Numbered from the stretch's first letter, positions 1 through 12,430 are shown. The stretch is DNA of 64,000 nt from Torpedo marmorata (GCA_977017645.1 OZ360235.1:90458001-90522000); one strand, 5' to 3'. A program made the numbers and translations. The notes: a model not told the origin generated them from the sequence alone.

Positions 1-458
1 AGTGGTTCTATAGCTAGTATAAATAAAGCTGGTGACAATGGTCACCATTGTCTACTAGACCTTGTCAAACAAAACGGAGTTGATGTTTGTCCATTAGTCA
101 CTACTTTAGCTTTTGGAGCATTATATAATGCTTTAATCTAATTTATATAAGTCTGTCCAAATCCAAATTTCTCCAATACTTTAAACAAAAAATCCCATTC
201 CAATCTATCAAATGCTTTTTCTGCATCTAATGCCACCGCAACACTTAGTACTTTTCTTTTTTGAGCTAAATGAATAAAACTAAGTAACCTTGCTACATTG
301 TCAGCTGCTTGTCTTTTTTTTATAAAACTTGCCTGGTCCATGTTTACTAATTTAGGCAAAAATTTTGTTATCCTATTAGCCAAAATTTTAGCTACAATTT
401 TATAATCTGCATTTAATAATGAAATTGGTCTATAAGACGAAGGTTTCAATGGATCTCT
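1..458 (-). mobile_element. L1-clade LINE ORF2 (RT domain) fragment, continues beyond the window start; interrupted by a Gypsy provirus
   Basis: Translation PSSYRPISLLNADYKIVAKILANR...VALDAEKAFDRLEW is L1 RT; frameshifts and stops present; paralogous to the copy at 7239-10921. Confidence 0.93.
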
Positions 459-814
459 TGTAGCCGACTGCTACGAAGAAGCACACACACACAGTGTGGA
501 AGGTTAAGCTCTATCCTTTATTGAGGCTAGAAGTACTTCTTTTATACAGTTGGAGTTCCCGCCGATTGGTTGATTGGTTGACATCAGCCGCATGAATAAC
601 AATAGTGGGTGGGAATTCCCTTCTTCCCCAGCCTGGTATTGATCTGTTAGCTGGGCAGCTTGGCCAGCGCCATTTTAGGGCTGCTGGTCTTGTACTGCTC
701 CAGCTTTCAACTGCGTCGGTTCGCTATGCTAAGGGTCGCGTTACAGTGTGTTATGCCGCTGTTTACTACCGCGCGCGCCGTGCGGTGTGTCGGCTCAATC
801 TCCGGGCCGCCACA
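459..814 (-). repeat. 3' LTR of Gypsy element 1
   Basis: Direct repeat of 4572-4923, adjacent to the polypurine tract. Confidence 0.93.
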
Positions 815-849
815 TGACCTCCCTCCCCCCCAGAACCGGCGCTACAGTT

Positions 850-3800
850 CATAGTGTCCGTGGATGCAGTCCCCAATGTCTTTGGTGGTCTGCCTCTGCA
901 CCGAGGTGCTGGCGTCTCCACGGGTTGTGTCGAGTCCGTGTGTGCCGGCTTGAGCCTGTCTGCAGTGAAGACCTCTGGTTTGCCACTGATATCCAGTTCG
1001 AAGGTGGCCCCGTTGTTCCAAATGACTTGGAAGGGGCCTTCGTAGGGCTTTTGTAGCGGTGGATGGTGTGGCCCTCTGCGTACGAACACATACTCACAGT
1101 CTTGGAGTTCTTTAGGGATGTTGAACTTGGCTTGCCCGTGTCTGCAGGATGGGATCATGCCAGGTTACCGACCTTTTCCCGCAGCCTGTCCAGGAAGGTG
1201 GTTGTATCCTCCTGTTGACCTCTGACCGGTGGGACGAAATCGCCGGGGACCACGAGTGGAGCTCCGTAGACAAGCTCGGCGGAGGATGTGTGGAGATCTT
1301 TCTTCGGGGCTGTACGAATCTCCAGCAGTGCACACGGCAGTTCGTCAACCCAGTTGGGGCCCTTGAGTCTGGTCATAAGGGCGGCCTTGAGGTGCCTGTG
1401 GAAGCGATCAACCAGCCCATTAGACTGCAGGTGGTATGCTGTCGTGTGGTGTAGCTGAGCGCCCCACAGGTTGGCAACGTCGGTCCACAGGCTGGAGGTA
1501 AATTGTGCGCCTCTGTCGGAGGTTATGTGGCGTGGTAGCCCGAACCTTGCTACCCAGGATGAGACGAGTGCCTTGGCGCAGGACCTGGTGGATGTGTCGG
1601 CCAGGGGGATTGCTTCTGGCCACCGGGTGAAACGGTCGACCACCGTGAACAGGTAGCGGAAACCCTGTGAGACTGGTAAGGGTCCCACTATGTCCACGTG
1701 AATGTGGTCAAACCTTCGCTCCGTTGGCTCGAAAGACTGCGGGGGGACCTTGGTGTGCCGCTGTACCTTGGCTGTTTGGCACTGTGTGCATGTCTTGCCC
1801 CACTAGCTGACTTGTTTCCGCAATCCATGCCACGCGTACTTGCTGGCCACCAACCGGACCGTGGTCCTGATTGATGTATGTGCCAGCCCGTGGATGGAGT
1901 CGAAAAATCGTCGCCTCCATGCTGTTGGGACGATAGGTCAAACCTGCCCGGTGGCCACGTCGCACAGGAGGGTATTGTTACCTGTGCCGACTGGGATGTC
2001 CTGAAGCTGCAGCCCCGTGACGGCAGTCCTGTACTGAGGCATCTCGTCGTTCTGCTGCAGTGCCTCCGCCAGTGCCACGAAATCCAGTCCGTTAGCCAGA
2101 GAGTGGATGCTCTGTCTCGACAAGGCGTTTGCAACCACATTGTCTTTTCCCGAGATATGCCTTACATTGGTGGTGTACTCCGAGACGTAAGACAAGTGTC
2201 TCTGCTGGCGGGCTGACCAGGGATCGGAGATCTTGTCCAGGGCGAACGTCAGTGGCTTGTGGTCCGTGAAAGCCCTTCCCTCTAGGAAGTACCGGAAGTG
2301 GCGGATGGCTAAGTACAGCGCCAGTAGCTCTCTGTCGAAAGCACTGTACTTTAGCTCAGGGGGCCGCAGATGTTTGCTGAAGAAAGCTAGTGGACGCCAA
2401 ATTCCTTCTATCTTCTGCTCCAGAACTCCACCAATCATCGTTCCTGAGGCATCGACCGTGAGGGCTGTGGGTGCATCTGACCTGGGGTGGGCCAGGAGAG
2501 CGGCATTAGCCAGGGCTTCTTTCACTTCCACAAACGCTCGTGCGGAGTCATCGTCCCAGGTCAAGTCCTGAAGAGTGGGCGCATGGTTCGAGCAGCTGCG
2601 GGGATGAATCTGCGATAAAAGTTGACCAACTCTTGCAGTCCTTTGGTCATACTGGGCCTCGGGAAGTTGCGGATAGCCTCCACCTTGCTGGGTAGTGGCG
2701 AGGCCCTGCATTTGGTTATCCTGTGGCCCAGGAAGTCAATCGTGCTCAGCCCGAACTGGCATTTAGCCAGGTTGATAGTAAGGCCGAACTCACATAGGCG
2801 ACTGTAGAGGCTTCGGAGGTGTTGTAGATGTTCCTGCCGGGTTCTGCTCGCCACCAGGATATCGTCTAAGTAGACGAAGGAGCCGTCCAGGTCTCGGCCC
2901 ACCGCGTCCATCAGTCGCTGGAAGGTCTGTGCCGCGTTCTTGAGCCCGAATGGCATCCTCAGGAACTTGAACAGCCCGAATGGAGTGATGATGGCCGTCT
3001 TGGGGATGTCGTCAGGGTGCACCGCGATTTGGTGGTACCCTCGCACCAAGTCCACTTTGGAGAAGATCGTCACTCCGTGCAGGTTTGCTTCAAAGTCCTG
3101 GATATGCGGCACGGGGTAACGATCTGGAGTGGTGGTCTCGTTAAGCCGACGGTAGTCACCGCACGGTCTCCAGCTCCCAGATGCTTTGGGCACCATGTGC
3201 AGGAGAGAAGCCCATGGACTGTCCGACTGCCGAACGATGCCTAACTCCTCGAGCTTGCGGAACTCCTCCTTGGCCAGTTGAAGCTTCTCTGGGGGAAGTC
3301 GTCTCGCCCTTGCATGGAGAGGTGGACCCTTGGTAAGGATGTGATGCCTGACGCCGCGTCGGGGCACCTCCACCATGAACTGAGGGGAAAGGATTGCCGG
3401 GAACTCGGCCAGCGCTTTGGAGAACTCATCGTCCAAGCTGTGGATGGAGTCCAGGGGCAGTGCCAGGAGCCCGGCGCCCCTCAGTGCGAAGGTTTGGAAC
3501 GTTTCCGCGTGCACGAGTCTCTTGCCCTTGAGGTCCACTAGGAGGCTGAGGGCCCGCAGGAAGTCCGCTCCGAGGAGTGGCTGTTTCACTGCAGCCAGCG
3601 TGAACTCCCACGAGAAGTGACTGCCTCCGAACTGCAGCTCGGCCCTACGCTTGTCATAGGTCCGTATGCTGCTGTTGTTGGCAGCCCTCAACGTGGGGCC
3701 CGCTTGCCTGCATCTAGTGTCCAAACATGTCGGGGGCATAACGCTGACCTCCGCTCCTGTATTCACCAAGAATCGTCTACCGGAAAGGCGATCCCATACG

Positions 3801-3865
3801 TACAGGAGGCTCTCTCGATGGCTAGCCACCGTGGCCATCAGCGATGGCTGGCCTTGTCGTTTCCC
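850..3865 (-). pseudogene. pol: pol (protease, RT, RNase H, integrase) of Gypsy element 1, frameshifted
   Basis: Protease FLVNTGA (catalytic D mutated to N), [15 protein letters not shown] and YLDD, RNase H VDASG/DRELLA/DHKPL, integrase DIVGPLP...TSDRGAQF; split over several frames. Confidence 0.93.
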
Positions 3866-4530
3866 TGGAACTCGCAGGGCGACCGGCATCGGTGGGACTC
3901 GGAGCCCCATCTTTGGTGGTAGAAGCACCATCTCTCCTTGGACTCGTCCCTGCCTCTTGCCTGCCGCTCCTTTCCAGGGCCTGCCTTGGTCTGGTTGCGA
4001 GACTTCGTGACGAGCCCCACAGTAGCCAAGCACTTCTGTTTCTGCTTCCACAGAATATCTGCCCATACTGCGACTTTCCGGGGGTCGCTGAAATCCGCGT
4101 CAGCCAGGAGCAGTTGGATGTCCTCGGGCAGCTGCTCCAAGAACGCCTGCTCGAACATGACGCAGGACTCATGGTCTCCCAGGAGGGCTAGCATCTCGTT
4201 CATGAGCGCTGACGGGGATCTGTCCCCTAGCCCATCCAGGTGGAGCAGCCGTGCCCCTGTCTCTCACCGCGAGAGCCCGAAGGTCTCAGTCAATAGCTCT
4301 TTGAAGGCAGTGTAAGTGCCTTCTGATGGTGGCCTCTGGATGAAGTTAGCCACCCTGTCTGCAGTCTCTGGATCCAGTGCGCTGACCACATGGTAGTACC
4401 GTGTGGTCTTAGCTGTGATGCCCTGAATCTGGAACTGAGCCTCAGCCTGGTCGAACCACACGCCGGGTTGAACTGTCCAGAAGGTCGGGAGCTTGAGGCC
4501 GACTGCGCTGATCGCTGCTTCGCTATCCAT
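3838..4530 (-). pseudogene. gag: gag of Gypsy element 1, one premature stop near 4264
   Basis: LKLPTFWTVQPGVWFDQAEAQF N-terminus and [18 protein letters not shown] Cys/His motif; ORFs 4264-4530 and 3838-4203 are in the same frame. Confidence 0.9.
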
Positions 4531-4571
4531 CGCTGGGTTTAGATGCCGTCTAAACCGTCGGGGTCACCAAT

Positions 4572-4923
4572 TGTAGCCGACTGCTACGAAGAAACATACA
4601 CATGAAGTGTGGAAGGTTAAGCTCTCTCCTTTATTGAGGCTGGAAATGCTTCTTTTATACAGTTGGAGTTCCCGCCGTTTGGTTGATTGGTTGACATCAG
4701 CCGCATGAATAACAATAGCGGGCGGGAACGTTCTTGCATATGAATACCCTTCTTCCCCAGCCTGGTATTGATCTGTTAGCTGGGCAGCTTGGCCAGCGCC
4801 ATTTTAGGGCTGCTGGTTGGTTCGCTATGCTATGGGTCGCGTTACAGTGTGTTATGCCACTGTTTACTCCCGCGCGCGCTGCACGATGTGCCAGCTCGAT
4901 CTCCGTGGTGGCGGGCTGCCACA
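4572..4923 (-). repeat. 5' LTR of Gypsy element 1
   Basis: Direct repeat of 459-814, adjacent to the Trp PBS. Confidence 0.93.
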
Positions 4924-4927
4924 CTCT

Positions 4928-5578
4928 ATCCTTTTTTGGTATTACTGGAATTTTGCTGTTGAAAAAGATTCCAGGTGTGTATGAGTCACTGACGCCTGTT
5001 GTAACATATCCATAAAAACAGGAATTAATAATTCCTTAAACTCTTTATAAAACTCTGGTGGAAAACCATCCTCTCCCGGTGCTTTATTACTGTGTAATGA
5101 ACTCATTGCGTCTTTCACTTCTTTCTGTGTAAACTGGGTACTTAATTCTGACTGCTCTTGCATATTTAGTCTTGGTAAATTTATCTGTGATAAATATCCA
5201 TCAATTTTACTATCATCTTGCAAAGACTCCGATTTATATAATTTAGAATAAAATTTTTTGAAAGAGTCATTTTTTATTTGGGGTTTATAACTAATAACAT
5301 TAGCCTCACTTTTAACTGCATTAATTGTTCTTGACTCCTGTTCTGTTTTTAATTGTCATGCAAGTACTTTATGTGTTCGTTCATCTCGTTCATTATATCT
5401 TTGCTTGGTTCTTATAATAGTCTTCTCTGTTCTATAAGTCTGTAATACATTATTTTGAAGTTTTTTATTAATTAGTTGTCTCCATTTGTGTACAGAACTT
5501 CTCTTTTGTAAATCCTTTTCTAAAATTGTTATTTCTGTTTCTACTTGGTCTATTTCTCTCATATATTCCTTTTTATCC
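4928..5578 (-). mobile_element. L1 ORF2 segment upstream of RT (continuation of 1-458), 5'-truncated
   Basis: SNKAPGEDGFPPEFYKEF motif; rejoins 1-458 across the CTCT TSD. Confidence 0.88.
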
Positions 5579-7238
5579 TATCCATAATTATCTTGAAACT
5601 AATGGCATAATGATCAGTGAACCCAAAGTGTTCCCTTACACATACTTCTATCACCTGTCTTGTCTCGTTCCCTAATAGGAAATCCAGTATTGCACTCTCT
5701 CTAATTGGTACCTCGATATTATTGATTTAGAAAACTTTCCTGAACACATTTGACAAACTCTTTAAGCCATCCAGCTCTTTTATCGTGTGGGAGTCCCAGT
5801 CAATATGTGGAAAGTTAAAATCACCTACTATCGCAAGTTTATGTTTTCTGCAGTTGTCTACTATCTCTCTACAGATTTGCTCCTTCAATTCTCGCTGAAT
5901 ATTGGGCAGTCTAGAATACAACCCTATCAATGTCATCATATCCTACCCATTCCTCAGCTCCAACCATATAGTTTCAGTAGACGAGCCCTCTACTCTGTCC
6001 TGTCTGAGCACAGTTGTGATATTTTCCCTGATGAGCAATGCCACTCCTCCCTCCTTCATCCCTCCCGCTCTATCGTGTCTGAAACAACAGAAACCCAGAA
6101 CATTGAGCTGCCAGTCCTGCCCCTCCTGCAATCAAGTTCACTAATGGCCACAATGTCATAATTCCACATACCAATCCACGCTGTAAGCTAGTCTGCCTTT
6201 GCTACAATACTCCATGCATTAAAATAGATGCACCTGAGAATATTATTTCCACCACGCACAACCCTTTGATTTCTGTCTTTATATGCAGTTTTAACATAGT
6301 CTTTTTCCTTCTCCATTCCACTATCTGCTGTGACACTCTGGTTCCTATCCCCCTGTAAATCTAGTTTAAACCCCCAGAGCACCACAAGCAAACCTTCCCG
6401 CAAGGATATTAGTTCCCCTCCAGTTCAGATGCAAACCGTCCCGCTAGTATGGATCCCACCTTTCTTCGAAGAAAGCCCAATGATCCGAAATCTGAACTCC
6501 TCCCTCCTGCACCATGTCTTTAGCCACGTGTTAAGCTGCGTTATCCTCCTATTTCTAACCTCACTAGTAAGTGGCATAGGTTGCAATGCTGAGATCGAAA
6601 CCCTGGAGGTCCTGTCCTTCAACTTAGCACCCAACTCCCTAAGCTGTGCAGGACCTCATCACCCTTCCTACCCACATCATTGGTCTCCACATGGACCATG
6701 ACATCTGGCAGCTCACCCTCCCACTTGAGAATGCTGTGAACTTCATCTGAGATATCTCGGACCCTGGCACCTGGGAGGCAACTACCATCCAGGATTCTCG
6801 ATCTGTTCCACAGAACCTCTTATGTTCCCCTCTCTATTGAATCCTCCATCTCTTGCCTCTTCTCCTCCCTCCCTTTCTTAGCCACAGGGCCAGACTCTGT
6901 GCCAGAGACCGGACCTCCACAGCTTGTCCCTGGTAGGTCATACCCCTCAACAGTATCCAAACGGTATACATGTTATTGAGGGGAATGGCCACAGGGGTGC
7001 CCTGCACTGCCTGCCTGTTCTCTTTCCCTCTCCTGACTGTCACCCAGCTACCTTCTTCCTGCCTCCGAGGTGTGATTGCGTCCCTGTAACTTCTGTCTAT
7101 AGTCCACTCAGCCTCCCAAATGATCAGGAGTTCATCCAACTCCAAATCCCTAACACGGTTTCTAAGGAGCTGCAGCTGGATGCACTTCTCACAGATGAAG
7201 TCGTCAGGGATACTGCTGGCTTCCCTGACTATCCACTT
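5579..7238 (-). mobile_element. CR1-clade LINE 5' half: ORF1 (coiled coil plus SGNH esterase) and APE endonuclease, decayed
   Basis: CIYFNAWSIVAKAD, FRHDRAGGMKEGGVALL and IVGDFNFPHIDW (endonuclease); RITQLNTWLKTWCRREEFRF (esterase); CEKCIQLQLLRNRVRDLE (ORF1). Confidence 0.9.
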
Positions 7239-8759
7239 TTTTTTTTGGAATATTTTATTTAAATTTTTCGATACATGTAATATTCCCCCATCCCTTCTCC
7301 CCCTCCCCCCCAACCCACCCCCCCCTTAAAAAGTAGTACATTTATTTAACAGATATCTATGTATATAAAAAAAAATAAGAAAAAAGATTTTTTGGATTGC
7401 AAAGAGGAGCACCGCCCATGACATATCTCCAAATATCACAAACATACGTTTAGAGGATAATCTCGCAGTTCTAGAGGCATAGAAAATATATCATTACAAA
7501 TTTAATCCCATTACTTGGGTATACGGGCGCCATATTTGCAAAAATGTAGAGTATTTATTCCTCAAATTATATGTAATTTTTTCTAAAGGAATGCAACTTT
7601 GAATTTCAGCGTACCACCTTTCCATATCCAAAGATATATCAGGTTTCCAAGTCACTGCAACACATTTCCTCGCTACTGCTAATGCTAATTTAATGAAATT
7701 CAATTGATAATTTGATAATTTTAATTTAGGTCTGTACCCTCAATATTTCCTAATAAAACTAAATCAAGGGTTTGCGGAAATATAATTCCTGTGACTTGTT
7801 CTAAAAAATTCCGGATGTCTACCCAGAAGGTTTTTACCTTGGGGCAAGACCAAGTTGAATGTATAAAGGAGCCGACATCTTCACCACATCTAAAACATTG
7901 ATCAGATAAATCTGGTTTCATTCTATGTAACTTCTGTGGTGTAAAATATAGCTGATGCAAAAAGTTATATTGAACTAATCTATATCTTACGTTTGTAGTA
8001 TTAGTCATAGAATCTCTACATAAATTTTCCCATACTTGTTTTAATAATTGTAATATTTAGATCTATTTCCCATCTCTGTCTAGATCTATTTAGTCCTTGT
8101 TTAGGAGTTCCAGCTTGTAATAATACATATATCATAGAAGTAAATTTTTTAACAATTCCTTTCCTAGTCAAGAGCTCTACTTCATTACAACTGGGTAGAG
8201 ACATAGTTGGTCCCAGTTTATCTCTCAAATATGATTTTAATTGAAAATAACAAAAAAGAGTTTTATGTGGTATAGCGTATTTATTCCTCAACTGCACGAA
8301 CGACATTAATTGACCTCTTTCGTAACAATCTTCAACATTTACAATCCCGCTACGGTACCAAATATTCAAAAACTAATTATCCCTTGAAAATACTATAAGA
8401 TGATTTTGATTTAATGGCATTTTAGGCGATATGGATCCTCTCATTCCAATTTCATCTTTTATTTTATTCCAAATGTTAAGTAGATGTTTCAGTAATGGTG
8501 TATCTTTACCAGCAGTTATCAATTTTGATTCCCATTTATATATAAATTCTTCTGCTTTCTTTTCTCCTATCTTATTCAGTTCTATATTAACCCACGCTGG
8601 TTTTTTATTTTCGAAAAAAGAAGCAAGGAATCTCATTTGAGCGGCTCGATAATAATTTTTAAAATTAGGAAGTTGTAAACCACCTAATTCGTAATTCCAC
8701 ATTAATCTTTCCATAGAAACTCTTGACATTTTACCTTTTCAAAGAAATTTCCTTACATA

Positions 8760-9953
8760 CCGTATATTTCGGCGTATAAGTCGACCCTTGAAACCCTCAA
8801 AAATGTCTCAAAAAACGGGGGTCGACTTATACGCCGGATATACTTTTGAGACCTTAAATTCAGCTCAAAATCGAGTTCACGCCGATCCGGCGTATAGGTC
8901 GACCCCTGAAAACACGGTTCCGCGTATAGGTCGACCCCTGAAAACACGATTCGGCGTATAGGTCGACCCTGGAAGCGCCTCCCCACCGCCGGCGCCGCCG
9001 CTCCCCGACACCTCCCCACTGCCGGGCGCCGCCATAAACCACCCAGACATTCTACAATTGTAGAGCCCGAGGTCCCCGCTCCTGCCTGGGAGATCGAGCA
9101 CCCCGCTCCTGCCTGGGAGATCGAGCTCCCCGCTACTGCTCGGGAGAACGAGCTCCCCGCTCCTGCCTGGGAGATCGAGCACCCCGCTCCTGCCTGGGAG
9201 ATCAAGCTCCCCGCTACTGCTCGGGAGAACGAGCTCCCCGCTCCTGCCTGGGAGATCGAGCACCCCGCTCCTGCCTGGGAGATCGAGCTCCCCGCTCCTG
9301 CCTGGGAGAACGACGTCCCCGCTCCTGCCTGGGAGATCGAGCACCCCGCTCCTGCCTGGGAGATCGAGCTCCCCGCTCCTGCCTGGGAGAACGACGTCCC
9401 CGCTCCTGCTCGGGAGAACGAGCTCCCCGCTACTGCTCGGGAGAACGAGCTCCCCGCTCCTGCCTGGGAGAACGAGCTCCCCGCTCCTGCCTGGGAGAAC
9501 GAGCTCCCCGCTCCTGCCTGGGAGAACGAGCTCCCCGCTACTGCTCGGGAGAACGAGCTCCCCGCTCCTGCCCGGGAGAACGAGCTCCCCGCTCCTGCCC
9601 GGGAGAACGAGCTCCCCGTTCCTGCCTGGGAGAACGAGCTCCCCGCTACTGCTCGGGAGAATGAGTCCCCGCTCCTGCTCGGGAGAACGAGCTCCCCGCT
9701 CCTGCTCGGGAGAAAGACGTCGCCGCACCTGCATCTTCCCGGCCAGAAGCAAAGGTTTATTTTACTGTTTTTTTTACTTACCGGTACTTGCTTAATTTAC
9801 AGTCGACTTATACGCCGGTCAATGCGCAACATCTCAGGCATCGAGATTTTTGGGGTCGACTTATACGCCGGATATACCATAAAACCATTAAAATGAGGCT
9901 GAAAAAGGGGGGTCGACTTATACGCCGGTCGACTTATACGCCGAAATATACGG
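8760..9953. mobile_element. Non-autonomous Tc1/mariner (pogo/Tc2-like) DNA transposon (MITE) with an internal minisatellite
   Basis: Perfect 27-bp TIR CCGTATATTTCGGCGTATAAGTCGACC; TA duplication at 8758-8759 and 9954-9955; excision restores the L1 frame ELNKYVRKFL. Confidence 0.95.
9074..9715. repeat. 27-bp GC-rich minisatellite, about 24 copies
   Basis: Unit CCCCGCTCCTGCCTGGGAGAACGAGCT with variant types; explains the 9-aa repeat ORFs 8877-9752 and 8753-9205. Confidence 0.95.
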
Positions 9954-10921
9954 TATTTATTTAATTCTTGAAATTTTTTTTGAGGTATTAAGATAGGTAA
10001 TGTTTGGAAAAGGTATTGTATTCTTGGAAATATATTCATCTTTATACAATTAACTCTTCCAACTAAAGTTATAGGTAAATTAATCCATTTTTAAAGTCTT
10101 CGTCAATCTTTTTAAGTAATGGTAAATAATTCAATTTATATAATTTTTTCAAATTGCTATCTGTACGTATACCTAAGTATTTAATACCTTCTTTTGGCCA
10201 TTTAAACTGAGTACCTCTCTGACAATGTGTATAATCACCTTTCGTTAATAACATAATTTCACTTTTATCACAATTTATTTTATAGCCCGAGACTTTTCCA
10301 TATTCCTCCAATTGAATATATCGTCTTTCTAAAGATATCTCAGGGTCAGTCAAATATATTAGGACATCATCTGCAAATAAACTAATTTTATGTTCTTCTT
10401 GACCTGCACTAAATCCCTTAATTTGTAAATCAGAGCGAATTATCTGGGCAAGTGGTTCTATGGTTAGAACAAATAAAGCTGGGGATAAAGGACATCCTTG
10501 TCGACTAGATCTTGACAAATTAAATGGCATAGACATTTGTCCATTAGTTACTACTTTGGCTTTAGGGTTGTTATATAATGCTTTAATCCAATTTAAAAAA
10601 TTAATCCCAAATCCAAATTTCTCTAATACCTTAAAAAAAAATTCCACTCTAATCTATCAAATGCTTTTTCTGCATCAAGAGCAACTGCAACACTCAATTC
10701 ACCTCTTTTCTGAGCTAAATGAATAATACTTAATAGTCTAGCTACATTTTCTGAAGCTTGTTTTTTTTTTTACAAAGCCTGTTTGGTCCATATTTATTAA
10801 TTTAGGTAACAATTTATTCATTCTATTTGCCAAAATTTTTGCGACAATTTTATAGTCTGCATTTAATAATGAAATAGGTCTATAAGATGAAGGTTTTAAA
10901 GGATCTCTATCTTTTTTAGGG

Positions 10922-11170
10922 CCCTGACTATCCACTTACTGCAAGAGGAGCATTCCCCTGCCTTGGCTGCCATTCCCACTGTCTTTGAAATAGGAAAAAA
11001 AAGTTAGAAAACCTGCCCTTACCTGTGCTTATTATTTTGTTCCTTGATAAGGGTTGTCTTTTTACCTTACCTCAACTCCTGCACCACCACCTCAGCTCGC
11101 CAAAGCCTCAAAGTCCCACTCTTACATTGATCACTCCCTCAGTGGTTGTTTCACTTAAGCTCCCCTTTCC
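10922..11170 (-). mobile_element. CR1 ORF1 start and 5' leader
   Basis: ATG at 10973 gives MAAKAGECSSCSKWIVR, joining EASSIPDDFICEKC across the L1 insertion (CxxC..CxxC). Confidence 0.8.
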
Positions 11171-11174
11171 TTTA

Positions 11175-11431
11175 TTAAATTTAAATTTAGACATACAGCA
11201 CGGTAACAGCCCTTTCAGCCCACGAGCCCGTGCTGCCCAATTACACCCAATTGACCTCCAACCCCCAGTACGTTTCGAACGGTAGGAGGAAACCGGAGCT
11301 CCTGGAGGAAACCCACGCAGACACAGGGAGAATGTACAAACTCCTTACAGACAGCGCGGTATTCGAACCCCAGTCCCGATCACTGGCGCTGTAAAAACAT
11401 TGCGCTAACCACCTCGCTAACCGTGTCGCCC
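11175..11431 (-). mobile_element. HE1/V-SINE-type tRNA-derived SINE
   Basis: A/B boxes (GGTTAGC, GGTTCGAA), V-domain GGAGTTTGTAC.TTCTCCC.GTG..TGCGTGGGTTTCC, CR1-like tail. Confidence 0.9.
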
Positions 11432-11519
11432 TTACTGGCTGCAGCTAATTAGCCGATGGAGAAATTTAAACAAGTGCCTACCTTTCCCAGTGCTTGTTCC
11501 AAGTTCCGCTCTCACAAGC

Positions 11520-12160
11520 ACCCAATGAGAACAGGAAGGATATAACCGGTAGGGCTCCTCTCACTGCCAGCCAGGCCAAGTCCTAGTGCTTATTAGTGAG
11601 CATTGATGATGAAGCGCTCTGCGAGATGAACTGGACAGTCTGCTCAGGGAACCACCCCACAGTATCCATCGAGTCCTTGTCCCTCAGTGTCTGCAGGTCG
11701 TTCTGTGCTGAACACTGCCTGATGGCCCTGTGGTCAAAGGTGTTGGTCTGGAAAATTATTTCCACGAAGGATAGGTGATGTGGTAAAAGCCCATACTTCG
11801 CTACACCTGGGACAGGTAGAACCTCAGCACACAGCGGTACCTGGTGCCCTCGTACTTTGGCCTGAAGCAGCAGCAGCATTAGGATGAGGACGACGTTCGG
11901 TATTACCTTGCTTCCCGTTGCATGGTGATTTGTACTTGGCGACCCTTTGGACCCTTTCCATTTTGGATCCCCATATGAGCCGTAAGACTGCTCTGGTGAC
12001 CACCAGGATGGAGGTGCAGGGGATATGCCATACCAGCTCCACGAATAGCAGTACCGAGAGTACCTCGCACCTGATTACCAGATTCTTCCCTGTTATCGAG
12101 AGGGAGTTCCCACCCTCCTCCGCCTGGCAGAACTTGTTATCACCCTCAATAAATTTAACA
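11520..12160 (-). mobile_element. Tx1-like LINE ORF2 remnant (post-RT)
   Basis: SLSITGKNLVIRCEVLSVLLF...LIWGSKMERV; continues at 13395-13665. Confidence 0.7.
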
Positions 12161-12207
12161 CCGAATTTCATGACTTGTTCATGACAATAAATTCTGATTC
12201 TGATTCT

Positions 12208-12430
12208 GAACAGGCCAATTCGGCCCTACGAGTCCGTGCCGCCCAGTTTACACCCCATTAACCTGCACCCCGGTATGTTTTTGAAGGGTGGGAGGAAACC
12301 GGAGAAAACCCACGCAGACACGGGAAGAACGTACAAACTCCTTACAGACAGCGTGGGATTCGAACCCAGGTCCGGTCCCGATCGCTGGTGCTGTAAAGGC
12401 GTTGCGCTAACCGCTATGCCAACCGTGCTC
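12208..12430 (-). mobile_element. V-SINE copy
   Basis: Same consensus as 11175-11431. Confidence 0.9.

Larger units (their letters stand above)
459..4923 (-). mobile_element. Full-length decayed Gypsy/Ty3 LTR retrotransposon
   Basis: LTRs 459-814 and 4572-4923 (TG...CA); TSD CTCT at 455-458 and 4924-4927, and the empty site GGATCTCTATC is seen in the L1 paralog at 10901; PPT at 815-832; PBS TGGTGACCCCGACG (tRNA-Trp type) at 4556-4569; gag-PR-RT-RH-IN order. Confidence 0.97.
7239..10921 (-). mobile_element. 5'-truncated L1 (RT, C-terminal CCHC, G-rich 3' UTR, polyA) inserted in CR1 ORF1
   Basis: RQGCPLSP and SLFADD RT motifs, CFRCGEDVGSFIHSTWSC; T-tract at 7237-7246; 16-bp TSD CCCTGACTATCCACTT at 7223-7238 and 10922-10937. 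Confidence 0.95.

Noticed and set aside
8877-9752. 291-aa repeat protein (GRSGELVLP)n, or a CRISPR-like array
   Set aside because: Translation of a 27-bp minisatellite inside a MITE; units are contiguous with no unique spacers and no cas genes.
10895-10921. L1 5' truncation lies next to the position homologous to the Gypsy insertion in the other L1
   Set aside because: The two L1 copies are clearly diverged and each event has its own TSD; treated as coincidence.
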